DNA of 64,000 nucleotides from Batkoa obscura (Eukaryota): NCBI GenBank assembly GCA_030770535.1, contig JASVEC010000028.1, positions 62,001 to 126,000 of the forward strand, read 5' to 3'. Shown piece by piece: positions 11,093 to 24,923 of this stretch (position 1 is its first letter; each line of letters starts with the position of its first letter). The notes under the pieces were generated by a model. It saw only the letters and a program-made list of their open reading frames with translations, ran no database searches and was not told where the DNA came from. The position numbers and the translations under genes were made by a program.

Positions 11093-12407
11093 TTAAAGCC
11101 TAAGTAATTCAGCACCAGCTCCATTAATGTCTCCATTATGATTAGCTAAAGATCGAATAATTGTTTCCCTTGATAATTGAGGAAACATAGCTTGTAATAA
11201 TTCTAAGTTTTGATTATTGACTTCAATATTTTCAATATCGGTTGTATTATTTGTTGTATTAGAAGTATTAAACGTATTAAATGTATCCTAAAATAAATAT
11301 AAATAAACAAGTAAATAAAACATAAATAAAACATTAAATAATTATAAAATAACAATATAAATAATAAATATAAAAGTTAAATTAGACTTACTCTAACAGA
11401 TAATCCAGGTGGTAATATATCACTTTCACCAGATAATGCAGAAGATGTTACTCTTTGTTCTTGTTGACTACTTAAATGTCTTAGTGGTGTTAGATTTCTT
11501 GGTGATGGGGAGGAAGCTAATATATAATTAAAATAAGGACTAAAAAATTTAGTCATTCTTATTGGATATCGCCAACCTTTAATTCCCAATGTATCATAAT
11601 AGTATAATGCACCAATAAGCATTCCACTTAAACTGGGTAATATTGAGTAAGGGAAACGCAATATTAATAGCTACAAAAGTTAATATATATTAATATAATA
11701 TATTATATTATATTATGATTTTACCTGAAAAATAAGTAAATAAGTTAATAATTTATCATTAAATTGAAACTTAAATACTTTAATTTGATAAGATACTGGA
11801 ATTAATTGATGAAATAAAAAAATAGTTGAAAACAATAAAGAGTATGGACCTGAAGGTAAACTAGTAAAATTAAAGGGTTCTAATAATAATAATAATAGAA
11901 CTTGAAATAAACTTGAAAATAAAAATGAATATGTCATAAAAGACTATTTAAATAATAAAATAGAAAATATTAATAAATATTAAACAATATATTAATTAAT
12001 ATATTAAACTTACTAAATATTTTTTAGTACCAAATAAACGTTCAATTATACGAAACCTATAAAATAATAACGCACTAATAAATAACTCTCCACTATTTTT
12101 ATAAGCTAATTGACTAGTTAATATTCTCCAAAACTAAACTCAATGATATTAGCATTAATGGCATTACAATCATTAGTTTTAATCTTTCTTTACCTGATGA
12201 TATTTTGATAAATGAGGTTTTAATTGTAAATGTAAATAATGTTGAGCTCTTAATAAACTAAATAAGACGGAACATATTGCAATAGTAAATATTATAAATT
12301 TAGTTAATGGTGCTTTATAAAACCCTATAATTTATTTTTATTATTATATAATCTTAATTTCATTTATTTTATTATTATAATCTACCTATTGGGGTTATCT
12401 GTATCAT
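11093..12407 (-). CDS. Rhomboid-like UBA-domain protein (Dsc2/UBAC2-like)
   Basis: GFYKAPLTK, FRIIERLFGTKKY, LPSGPYSLLFS, hydrophobic TM segments, C-terminal UBA (LQAMFPQLSRETIIRSL...INGAGAELL). Confidence 0.8.
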
Positions 12408-12606
12408 TTTTAAAAAAAATTAACTAAAATTAAGTGAAAACTTTAAATGCTTAAATTTATTTTTTCTAAATTCTTAAATCCACAATATAACATCACATTA
12501 AACTTGGCATTTTTTGCAATGGTTATTGATTAATTTAGTTCCAGCTTAAAACTACTAAAAAAATTAAACACTCATAAATTTTATTTTCTTCAAAAAAAAC
12601 AAAAAA

Positions 12607-13945
12607 ATGAACCCAAACGACCACCCAAATCCAGACATGCCACCCCGTGGTATACCACCTAATATGCCCCCTATGATGCGTCCGCCATTTCCAATGGGTC
12701 CACCACCAAATATGATGGGAGGTATGCCACCAAATATGCCACCGCCCGGTATGCCCGGTATGCCCCCATTTCCATTTCCACCAAATATGCCACCACCTTC
12801 TATGTTTCCACCAGTACAATCAGGTTTGCCTTTTCCTTATATAACAGCTCCAGTGATTACGATTCAAAAGCCTAGTTTGAAAAAAGCACCCGAAAAGGAC
12901 TTGAATTTAGAACCTAATTTTACGATTTATATTAGTAATTTAAATGAGGAAGTTAGGATATTGGGTAAGTTGATTAAAATTTAATATAGATATAATAAGG
13001 AATACTAATCTTATCTTTTATTTTACTATTTAGATTTAAAAATGGCATTGGAAACTAAGTTTAAAAAGTATGGAAATATATTAGATATTATTGCTCAAAA
13101 AAATTTAAGGATGAGAGGTCAAGCTTTTATTGTATTTGATACTATTGATGCAGCTAAAAAAGCGGTTGATAATGAAAGTTCTAAACCTTTGTTTCATAAA
13201 GAGATGGTAAGTATTATTACTATTGTTATTACTATTATTGTTTTTCTATGAATTTGTTAATTTGTAATTTTTATTTTAGTTAATTCAATATTCTCATAAT
13301 CGATCCGATAAAATAGCTGATAGAACTGGCGAATTAGATGATAACCGTAGAATTCGAAGAGAAAAAATGGGTAACTAGTTTTACTAATTTTAATATTTTT
13401 ATATGAAAAGGATTATATTTATTAATATTTTATTAGTACGTCGATTAGAGCAAAGAAGACTTATACAACCAATTAAACCACAAACTACTAAAAATACAAA
13501 TAATTTAAATGGAGCTAGTAATAATAACAATAATAATAATATATCGTATCATATATTTATTAATAATTTTTTAGTTGCTAATAATCCAGTCAAATCCAGC
13601 TCAGATCATATGGTTATTAATAAGATTTTATTTTTAACTAACTTACCAGATGATATCGAAGAATCCAATTTAATTGAATTATTTAAACAGTAAGTTAATA
13701 ATAATAATGATATATGATAATAATATATAATAATAACATATAATATAATAGCAGCTATTTATTAATTATCATTATTATATTATAGATACCCAGGTTTTAA
13801 AGAAGTACGTTTAGTGCCCTCTCGTAGTGATATTGCATTTGTAGAATATGAAACTGAAATGCAAGCAGCTATGGCCAAGAATACATTAAATAATTATCCA
13901 ATTTTAAAAGATCATCCAATCAAAATTACTTTTGCTAAAAAATAA
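12607..13945 (+). CDS. U1A/U2B''-family snRNP protein (two RRMs, Pro/Met-rich N-terminus)
   Basis: PNFTIYISNLNE, RMRGQAFIVF, NKILFLTNLP, YPGFKEVRLVP, DIAFVEYE, IKITFAKK. Confidence 0.9.
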
Positions 13946-13969
13946 TTCAAATAAAATTTTTTATAATTT

Positions 13970-16563
13970 TTATAATTTATTTATTAATATTGAACATTCT
14001 TCCATTACTTTATCCATTCGTTGTTTTAATAAAGTATAAAACTAAGGGGTAAAAATTGTTAGTCAAAAGTAGTATTATATTTAATACTATATACTTACTT
14101 TAAATCCTTGATTTAAATTATTATTTAATAATTCAAAAGTATTACAAGCTTCTTGAATTAAATTTATACTTGGAGTTGTAATAGTAGTATTAGATTGCTA
14201 AAAGTGAATATAGAATAAGATTAACGAATATTATAATATTATAATAAATTAACTTACATTTGATTTATTATTAGTAAATTGATTTAATTCCTTAATAAAC
14301 TTTAAATAAGGTAAATATTTTTTTAATTCAAATTGAATTAAATTTTCTAAATCATTCATTTCAAATTTGTTATTATTATTATTATTCCATTTTGATTCTT
14401 TAATATTTAATTTATCATTAAATTGAAATTCCATAATTTCTTTCTTTTTATTATTAACTTGATTATAATTAAATTGACATTCATTACTCTCATTTTTTTT
14501 GAATTTAAAACTATCACAATCATTATCAATCTAAAAAAATCAAAAACACATCAAATATTAATAAATAAATAAACTTACCACTAAGTTGTTTAAAAATATT
14601 AAATAATTTTCAATATTTAAATAATTTTCAAAATGTTTTTTATCTAATTGAATTGCTTCTTCTAGTTTAATAAGTAATAATTTAGGTTTCTTTTTAAACA
14701 TTTCGATTTGCTGAATTTTTATTTCATTTAATTGAATACCATTAATTTTATCGGAAATCCATTTTAAACACTAAAAAATAATAGTATTTAATAACAATAA
14801 TAATATTGTATAAATAAACTTACAATTTCATATTTATTTTTAATATAATCATGAGTTTGATTTCTTAATTCTTGAATATTATTAAATTTTAATTTTAAAT
14901 TATTATATCCTCCTTGTTCTTGTATTTCTTTAATTTTTTCAAGTAATTGTTTAGATAAATTTAAATTAATTGCTTCATCTCCTTCTTTTTTATTACTATA
15001 AATAAATATTAAATATTAAATATTAAATATTATATTGTATTATTATTATTACCTTTTATTTTGCTCTAACCATAACTCCAATGGTTTTAAAATATTATGA
15101 TTAATGAATTCCTCTTTTTTAGTTTGATATAATTCAGGTGCTCTTTGCAAAAGATATGGTTTTAAATAATTAAATATTGGTTTTTCTTTAAGTTGTATTA
15201 TTAATTCTTTTAAATCTTCCATTTGTTTTGGTAATTTAGCTTGTGCCATATTAAATGTTGTTAATTCTTCACTAACTGTAATCTCAGATTCAAATGTTAT
15301 ATATTCTTTTTGTTTCATTAAAAAAGATACTCGTAATATTATTACTTTAGTCAAACACTAATAAATAAACTAAGTTCATCATTATTGTTATATTATTATC
15401 GATATTACTTACTATTAAATCATCAATTATTTCTTGTTTTAAATTTTCTATTATTAATTTATTAGCTTCTTCTACAATTAATTTTGCTTTTTTTAGATAA
15501 GCCAACTCTTTATTTTTAACATCATTAAAATCTAAAGCTTGTCGATAATAAGCAGCTGCTTTAAAATGTAGCATTTTAATTTTTAAATGATGTTTAAATA
15601 TCTAAAAGCTATTATTATTATAAATATTAATGAATAAAAATTTTCCTTACCTTTTTGAAAACATTTTCCACTTGTTCATTAATACTTGAAATATGACTTA
15701 ACTCATATAACTTACTAACATGTCCAGCTAATTTTACTAACACACTATTCTTTTTATTGCCAATAACGGCTACTTGCCAAATACACTCTTGAACTTGAGC
15801 TAACATTAAATTTAATAGACAATTTAAGCTTGAATAACTTAAATCTTTAGGTATATTTTGTATTGGATATTCATTTTTTATATGTAATTTGTCCAGTAAA
15901 AATTGTAAAATACCCGCTGAATACTAAAAATAAATTTAATTGTTATTAGTTTTACTATTCTTGTTAGTACTATCTACTCACTTCAAAATAAGCACAACTT
16001 TTTTTAATTGATTCAATACTATTTCTATCCTCCAATTCAGCTAAATGAGAATAATACGCTGAAATATTATATAGTACATTGATAAGTTCAAAGTATAAAT
16101 TGCTTTCTTCTACTATTTAACTTCTTTTAATTTTTTATAACTTTATAATTATTATTTAATTGCTTACTATAAGCATCCTCTTGGTTTATACTGCTCCAAC
16201 TAAAACTGACTTTGAACTAAAAATGAACAAATGGAACGTTTAATAATAATAATACTTACAATTGGTAACTTATGAATGGCCATACATAAACCATAATAAT
16301 ATCTATTTAAATAAGATAAATCAATTATAAAAAGTCAAACACTATTTTTCTTACTTCAGCCATAATTCCGAATGATCAATATTACTCCCATCTTTTAATA
16401 AGGCAAAGGTACCAAAACTATCTTGTCTAAATCTATCTAATCTATTTAAATCATTATGATATTGATTCACTATTTCATCTTCTAATTCATAAATCGTTTG
16501 ATAAGCGGAAGCTAACTCAATTGTTGGACTTTTTTTATAAGCTAGTTTTAGTAGATTGCTCAT
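13970..16563 (-). CDS. BRO1 + V-domain protein (PalA/Rim20/ALIX-like), multi-exon
   Basis: MSNLLKLAYKKS, NLYFELINVLYNISAYYS, SIKKSCAYF, LMLAQVQECIW, AAAYYRQA, terminal NQGFKFYTLL. Confidence 0.85.
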
Positions 16564-17091
16564 TATTACAATATAAAATGATTAAAATAAAGAATGTTAT
16601 TTGTTTGCTATTTTTTATAAAATCATTAGTGCCAAGTAGACGTTCTATTAAATTACTATATTTGGTAGGTTAATTTTAAAATATAAAATTGTTTAAATAT
16701 TGTTTATTTTTATAATTAATCATAGTTGTTTGGTATATAAGAAAAAGTACATTTTATTATATAATATAAAAGAGTCAAGTTTTATATTAGCTAGTTCTCT
16801 AATATATTATCTTTAATAATTAGTTATATGATATAAAACTTAAACATGACAATTGGAATTTCACAGTTTTAAAAACCAAGATAAATATCCACAAATCATA
16901 TTCGTGTATCTCATCCTCTGTCCAATAATCAATGAAAAGAAAGTTTCCAAACATGTTTACCTTCATGACCTCATAATCTATTTTATGCTTAAAGGCCTAA
17001 AACGCCGAGACAAAAAGTATAAATAGAATGAAGTCATCAAAAAATTCAAGGTTTATATCTTTTTAAATAACAATAAAACATCAATAATAAA

Positions 17092-17766
17092 ATGAGATTT
17101 GGTGCAACCCATCCCAGTTTTCAATGGATTAAAGCCAGTGGTGGTATGGTACCACCAACTGCAGTACAAGGTGGACGTGAGGAGAATGGTAACCCATTAT
17201 TTATTTGTAGGTAAATATTTTGATATACTTTTATTTATTTAAAACAAAAAGAAGAAGAAATTCAACTAACATAATTCTTCAATAGACAATGGCATAAAGG
17301 TGGATTACATATTGGTAAAGTAGCTCCTCATTTAAATGGAGCTTATATTGCTTATGGAGGTAAGTTGAAGCTTATTTTATAAATATAATGAGTTTTATCA
17401 ATTTAAAATTCAATTAGGTAAAGAAATTTCATTTAAAGAATATTTCGTATTGTGTGGAGATGCTACTCAATTACGTTGGATTGAAAATAAAGGAAAATGT
17501 TTACCTCAAGGTTGGGTACCTTTGGAAGCTGGTAATGAAGAGAATGGTACAGAAGTAAGTACTAGTTTATTTTATTATGTTTTTTATTAGTTTATTGACA
17601 ATTGTTTCTCTTTGTTTAGCTTTGGATTGGTAAAATTCGTCATGAAAACTCAGAACAAATTGGTAAAGTCTCTCCAACATGGGATCATGGGTTTAATTAT
17701 GGTTATGGACTTAAAGAAGTAGCTATTGATCCTAATACTTCTTATTTTGTTTTAGCTCTTTTATAA
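17092..17766 (+). CDS. DM9-repeat (DUF3421) protein, 4 exons; absent from the ORF track
   Basis: Spliced: FQWIKASGGMVPPTAVQGGREENGNPLFICR..GGLHIGKVAPHLNGAYIAYGGKE..EYFVLC; second repeat LRWI..VPLEAGNEENGTELWIGK..QIGKV..YGYGLKE..YFVL. Confidence 0.85.
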
Positions 17767-18043
17767 CTTATCAAATAAAAAAATAAAAAATAGCTATTTA
17801 GAGATTGTTTTTAGAAATATATAGATAAGAAGGCATTTATTATAATAAACTGAAGGGATAAATCAATTTGGTACTAATAAAAGCTGTCTTTTTTAAAACT
17901 TAAAAGACCGAAGACTTGTGCTTTAGTTTCATTAAAATCAATAGAGTTGAATTAGGCGAGAATTCAAAGAGTGACTTATTCTCAAATAATAACAAAGCTG
18001 TTTAATAATAATATTCTTTAAAGTACATATAAATACAAATTTA

Positions 18044-18689
18044 TTAGTTAATTTTTGAATTGAGACATCTAGCTAATAATAGAGAACTTAAACTATTTTG
18101 AATAATAGAAGATAATAAATTAAACACTTTTTTTGCTACTAGTAGACCACTCTCCGCATCATCCAAGTCGGTATAAATTGTCATTAACTCAAAATAATTT
18201 TGTAAATATCTTTCCAGTTCAACTAAATCTATACTATGTTTTAAAACTTTAGAATAATTATTGCATAAGATGATGAACTTTCCAAACGGATACATGGGAT
18301 GTAATTGGGCTAAAATGGTTTTTAAATGAGTAAAGCTTCGTAACTGCTGTAAGTCTAATATGTAAATGACTAAATCAATTTTTGGTCTTATAGTTCGCGA
18401 TTGTTCATTTTCTACTAAGGATTCACATAGTCTTCTGTTGTTTTTAATGAAATTTATTAGTAGGTTTAAGTTTAAATTTTAATTGATTTACATTGCTAAA
18501 CTAAAGTTGGATGGAGTATTTTTGATCAACAATTTAGCTAACTTAGTCTTATTACTTTTTGGTAGTCCAACGATCTGAAAGTGTAAATTAATATTTTTGT
18601 ATTTTTTATATTTTTTTATATTGATGTACCAAAATATGTCCATTTTGAGTTAAATTAGATAATGGAAGTTGATTATAAGGAGAATTCAT
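18044..18689 (-). CDS. CENPM: Centromere protein M (CENP-M)-like pseudo-GTPase, 3 exons
   Basis: Spliced MNSPYNQLPLSNLTQNGHIL/IVGLPKSNKTKL...RPKIDLVIYILDLQQLRSF...LHPMYPFGKFIIL...IYTDLDD is collinear with the CENP-M pattern (PLDKLP..TILLVG..RPRIDLIVFVVNL..FFLGKVCFL..LYCDLE). Confidence 0.75.
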
Positions 18690-18823
18690 TGAAATTTAAC
18701 TTCAAAAAAAAGTAAAGTATAAATTTGAATTTTTCTATTTCAAGAATTATCTTCAAAAAAGTTTTTTTATTCACTTTTAATGTACGATGAATATTACTTA
18801 TATTACTTGTTTTTAATCCACAC

Positions 18824-20477
18824 TTAATTTTTATTCGATAAGGGAGGTGCTAGATAAGATTGATTACTTTTTCTTTCATTTAATAACATTAAGATCCAAT
18901 AATCAACTGTACCATAATAATTCGATATAGTTCGTAAGATTTCTAGGGCCCTTAGAAACAGTAAACTACCTTCAGGAGTATAATCACGTACGAAAATACT
19001 ACAACCATAGTAAAAAGAAATTGCATAAATAACACTGGTATATAGAAAAGCATTTGGTGGGATATGGGGCTCTTTGATTTTTGAAAATTGTTTCAAATCA
19101 TCCAAAATCTCTAAAAGTTCAAATCCTATTTCTTTGATTGAAGGGTATTCTTTAGATACTCTAAAATCTAAACTATAGCCTTTTTCAGCATAGCTTAAAC
19201 TTTGTGTAAAAAGAAATAATTGTGCAAAATTTAACAATAGGTGTGGCGTAATTTGATAAAAAAGTGGATGCTTTAATAATGGTGACCCATACCTATCTCT
19301 GATTTTTTGAAACCAATTTCGATTTTTTAAATGCATTTTATACATTGAATCATAAACTTGATGACTTTGTTGAACAACTTCATCAGATACAACTATACCT
19401 TTTGCAATAGTAAATTGAAAGCTTGAGATAAAGCGGAATGTTTCAAAGTTATAAATATATAATAGTTTGAGCTTTTTGACTTCATTTTCAACTGGCTAAA
19501 GAATAGTTAGTTAATATTCAAGTATTTAAGATGATAAAAGTACCTCGTTGCCATATGTAAAAAACGTTAAACCAATTAAAGATGAGATGAGATTCAGACG
19601 GATCGGTTTATGTAGTACATACCTCTCATGATCTTTTACACCAATAAGCTCACAGTCAATCCAATAATTCCATAGCAAACCGCAGTCCAAAGTAAAATCA
19701 TCTCTATTTTTTAAAAGAGTTTCGCTATCAATTTCATCAACAAGTCCTGAGGCATGCATTAGTCTAATATCATAAGTCAATTAAATTAGAGTAATTAATG
19801 TATTACTTTATTCCTTTGACTAAAAATGACGGTTAGAGTCAACAAATATAAAATAAAATAAGTATCCTACCGCATGATTTAAAAGCAATGTCATTATATC
19901 CTTGGTTGAACTCAGTTAAATAACATAGATGAAGCAAAAAAGAATTGAATAAATAATCTTTTGAACTCAAGTCTTCAGCTATCCTTTTAAGTTGAAAATA
20001 AAAATGGTTGTCTTCAAATGATAAACATTTTCCAAACGTTAAATTCGCTGAAAATGGAAAAGATATTGAACAACAAGCAATAATTATAGGTGAATCCCTT
20101 TTACCTTCTTTCATCAAACCTCTAATTTTTAAGGTGCTTATAAATACAACATTATTATTAAGGTATTTTAAAAAGATTTCCACAAGTAAATCTATGAATT
20201 GTTCTTGCTCTTTATTTCTAAAAGGATTTTTTTGTAAGTTTATTACTGGCATACATAGGTCAACCCCACGTGGTTGTAATTCAACTTTGTTATTTAAATC
20301 CTTTACAAGGTCTACCTTTATACCTTCTAACACTAATTTTTCAAACTCTCTTACTTTGATCTCTAACCTTTTAAATTTAGCTGATGTTATTCCTTCATTA
20401 TATTCGTTGTTGTCGTTTTCGCCTTTTTTGATTCGGTTTCGATTGTATTTAATTATGTCTCGGTCTTCTCTTTTCAT
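18824..20477 (-). CDS. Fungal TF middle-homology-region-like protein, tandem copy A (3 introns, 13-nt microexon)
   Basis: LVEIFLKYLNNNVVFI...SPIIIACCSISFPFS resembles the Fungal_trans/MHR region. Introns 19820-19870, 19764-19806 and ~19496-19543. No Zn2Cys6 cluster seen. Confidence 0.6.
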
Positions 20478-20777
20478 CAAGCTCTAATTTGTCAGCTAAA
20501 TAAAATTTACCATCAAATGAATATTTTTAATTGAAACAAAGATACCTAGTCGTAATCTTTTATATATCCTATTGTTTACGTTGTTGCTTTTTATAAGGTA
20601 GAGTAGCCGTTTTAAAACATCAAGCCTTTCTAAAAGAATAAAAGTAAATTTTGTCAGCTTAGCACAAAAGTAGCAAAAATTTCAAACTCAGCCTTTAAGA
20701 ATTTTTTTAAACTCAGTTTTGTGCGATTTTTCAAGCTCATTTTAAAGAACCTTTATTTGTTCTTTATAGCTAAAAAA

Positions 20778-20984
20778 ATGAGTGATTCCACTTCATCGGA
20801 AATAATAACAAAAGGTAATACAGCTGTTTTAACGCTACTGCAACTTAATTAACTATTCAATCTAAGAGTAAAATTTAGATAAAATATAAAGATCAGGCTT
20901 TGAAAAATTGCCGCTAGAAAAGTCACAAGAGGGTTGCGATAGCTGTAAGGAGCAATGGATTATAATTAACAATTGATGAAGATA
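20778..20984 (+). pseudogene. Truncated, decayed duplicate of the WDR55/JIP5 first exon
   Basis: ATGAGTGATTCCACTTCATCGGAAAT matches 23510 ATGAGTGATTCGAATTCATCAGAAAT; AATTAACAATTGATGAAGATA is shared with ~23625; the upstream divergent promoter is also homologous. Confidence 0.75.
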
Positions 20985-21657
20985 TGAGGGCGTTACATAA
21001 ACAACTTTGGTAGTTGAATAAAAAATAGAACGATTAGTAGTTGAAATAGTAGATGACCTCTATATTTAAAAATAAGAGTTACTTGGGAGTAAAAATATTT
21101 TGATATGATAATTCTAGACCCTCACCTCTAATTCTTCATTGTATAAATCAAAGTTATTCACAACATCGTTTCACAAACAGCTATCGTTTTCTTAATGAAG
21201 AATTAATGGTGAAGATACAGAACCATAACATCAAAGAATTGTTAATTGTAGTCAATTTTAATTATAGAAATAAAAATAACTGTTAGAACTAATAGCCAGA
21301 TTATTTTTTTCATGTAAAAAGCTATGATTACTTATAAAATACCCTAATATAATATGAAATGCCTTTATAAATATATAGAAATGAACATAATCAAAGTGAT
21401 ATGAACAGAGTTAGACTTAAAGGTCAGCTTTTTTACAGCACCTTTTATCTTGCTAAAAATATTTTAATTTATGATTTACTATCTGCTGAAATATTACACT
21501 AAGCTATTATTACATTGTACATGTAAAATATAAGTAAATTTATTTAACTGCAAAAAAATCATGTTTAACAAATTTCCCTCTTTCAATTTTTTTCTGAGAA
21601 AGTTTATATTTACTCACTTTTAACGCAGTGAATTTTTACTTATTTTTAGTCTATATT

Positions 21658-23220
21658 TTATTGTTTTTTTCCAAGAGGAGGCGAATGATAAGATTGATTA
21701 CTTTTTCTTTCATTTAATAACATTAAGATCCAATAATCAACTGTACCATAATAATTCGATATAGTTCGTAAGATTTCTAGGGCCCTTAGAAACAGTAAAC
21801 TACCTTCAGGAGTATAATCACGTACGAAAATACTACAACCATAGTAAAAAGAAATTGCATAAATAACACTGGTATATAGAAAAGCATTTGGTGGGATATG
21901 GGGCTCTTTGATTTTTGAAAATTGTTTCAAATCATCCAAAATCTCTAAAAGTTCAAATCCTATTTCTTTGATTGAAGGGTATTCTTTAGATACTCTAAAA
22001 TCTAAACTATAGCCTTTTTCAGCATAGCTTAAACTTTGTGTAAAAAGAAATAATTGTGCAAAATTTAACAATAGGTGTGGCGTAATTTGATAAAAAAGTG
22101 GATGCTTTAATAATGGTGACCCATACCTATCTCTGATTTTTTGAAACCAATTTCGATTTTTTAAATGCATTTTATACATTGAATCATAAACTTGATGACT
22201 TTGTTGAACAACTTCATCCGATATATCTATATTTTTCCCAACCGTAAACTGAACCATTGAAATATATCGAAATGCTTCTAAACTAAAAATGTACAAAAGT
22301 TTTAATTTCTTTAATTCATTTTCAACTGGCTAAAGAATAGTTAGTTAATATTCAAGTATTTAAGATGATAAAAGTACCTCATTGGATACTGTAGTAAATG
22401 TTAAACTAGCCAGGGCCAAACAAAGATTCAAAGGTTTTGGTTCATACAATATGTAATCGTCGTTATTCCTCACACCCAAAAGCTCGCAATTAATCCAATA
22501 ATTCCATAAAATACTACTATCTAAGCTAAAATCATCTCTATTTTTTAAAAGCGCTTTGCTCGTTATTTCATTAACAAGTCCTGAGGCATGCATTAATTTT
22601 AGTCCTTTAATACATGATTTAAAAGCAGTATCATTATATCCTTGATTGAATTCAATTAAATAACAAACTTGAAACAGAAACGAATTGTGTAAATAATCTT
22701 TTGGACTTAAGTCTTCAGCTATCCTTTTAAGTTGAAAATAAAAATAGTTATCTTTAAATAATAAACATTTCCCAAAAATTAGATTTGTTGAAAAAGGAAA
22801 AGATAAACTACAGCAAGCAATGATTGAAGGTGAGTCTCGTCTGCCACGTTTTATTAATTTTCTAATTTTAGAATCGCTGATAAATATAACATTATTATTA
22901 AGATATTTTAAAAACACTTCTACTAGTAAATCAATAAATTGATCTTGTTCTTTATTCTTAAAAGGGTTTTTTTGTAAGCTTATTGATGGCACATATAAAT
23001 TAATGCCACGTGTTTGCGCTTTAAGCTTATGACTTCTTTCATTTTCAATACTTACCTCTAAGTGTAATAATACAACTTTTTCAAACTTCTTAATTTTAAT
23101 CTCTAATCCTTTGAACTTGTTTGATGTTACATCTTCATTGCTATAGCCTTCTCGGTCACTTTCGCTTTTTTTGAATCTACTTCGGTCGTATTTAACTACG
23201 TCCTTCTCTTCTCTTCTCAT
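21658..23220 (-). CDS. Fungal TF middle-homology-region-like protein, tandem copy B (1 intron)
   Basis: Paralogue of 18824-20477; 532-bp identical block; lacks the two upstream introns. Confidence 0.6.
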
Positions 23221-23503
23221 CAAAGTTTAAAATAACGGGCTAGATAAGAGTTGTTATCAAACGTATAATGGTAAATAAAAGGAGTTTACCTAAACGAAAT
23301 CTTCTTATATATGTGTTCTATTCTCCCAGGTTGCTTTTTATAAAGTAGGACACCTATTTTGAAATTCCAAACCTTTTGAAAGAATAAAAATGTTTTTTTC
23401 AACTCAAAATAAATTAGTAAATTTTTTAAAGTTAGATTCTAAACTCAGCTTTTAAATGCAGAAATTTTAAGCTGACTTATTTGTATCTTTTTATTCTTTT
23501 TCA

Positions 23504-24923
23504 ATGAAAATGAGTGATTCGAATTCATCAGAAATCGTAGAAGAAAGTGATAACAATTCATTGACTTTAAGTGACAAAAGTAGTTTAATTGATATTGAAA
23601 AAGAATTAAAGAGTAGTGAATTACAATTAACAATTGATGAAGATAGATATGAATATGAGCATGGACAATGCGATAAAAATAAGATTAGATTTAGAGGTCA
23701 AGTTTTTGACATCGACTTTCATCCAACTGAAAACATTTTAATCTCAGGGTTATTATCCGGTGAGATATTTTGGTAAGCTATCGATATACAATATAGTTTA
23801 ATGCAGTACAGTTTATTTATTAATACATTCATTCATTTGATATAGCCATGGCTACACGATGGATAACTTTGGTTCTTTAGATCCAGTATTAAAATACAAA
23901 GATAATGATACTCATAAAGAAAGTGTTCGTGGAGTAAAATTTTCAATTGATGGTAATGAATTCTATTCGGTATCTTCGGATAAAACATACTCTATTACCG
24001 ATACGCAAACTGGTAAAGTTGTTAATAGAATAGAAGGCGCCTTTGACACTTCTATAAACGCATTACTACCAATTCAACAGAATTTAATAGCTTGTGGAGA
24101 CGATGATGGCGTTGTTAAATTATTTGATACTAGGACAAACACTTGTTCAATTCATTATAAAGAACATGAGGATTATATCACTAGTTTAATAATGGGCAGA
24201 GAACGTCAATTAATATCCATTGGAGGAGATGGTTACCTCTCAGTAATGGATGTACGTAAGATTAGATTATATGCACGTAGTGATCAAATAGAAGATGAAC
24301 TATTGAGTATGAGTTTAATTAAAGAAGGTAAAAGACTGGTGGTTGGTACTCAATCTGGCGTATTAGATTTATTTAATTATGGTGATTGGGGTGACTTTAA
24401 AGATAGATTTATTGGACATCCAGAATCAGTAGAAACAATGGTTAAGTTTGATGAAGATACTATTATCACAGGTTCAAGTGATGGTATTATACGACTTGTT
24501 TCTGTACATCCTAATGACCTGTTAGGTGTGGTTGGTGCCCATGATTTCCCTATAGAAAGGTTAGCTATAACCAAAGATAAAGGAATACTCGCCTCATGTT
24601 CCCATGATCATTCAATTAAACTTTGGAACATAAAAGATATATTTAATGAAAGTGACGAAGAAGGTAAAGATGATGAAGAAAATGAAGAAGAAGGAAGTGA
24701 TGACGATAACGATAATGAAAACAATGAAGATAATGATAAAAATGATAATGAAGAAGTAGAAAACAAAGAAGATAAGAATAGGAGTAAAAGAAAAGATAAA
24801 GACTCAAGCTCTGAAGAGGACAGTAGCGATGAAGAGAAACCTAAAACCAAGAATGGGAAAAAAGTTAAAGCTAAACTTAGTTTCAATAATACTGACAATA
24901 ATGATTTTTTTGATGAACTTTAA
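23504..24923 (+). CDS. JIP5: WD40-repeat protein WDR55/Jip5
   Basis: VFDIDFHPTENILISGLLSG, HEDYIT, SDQIEDELLS, DRFIGHPESV, acidic tail ending FFDEL; one intron. Confidence 0.9.
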
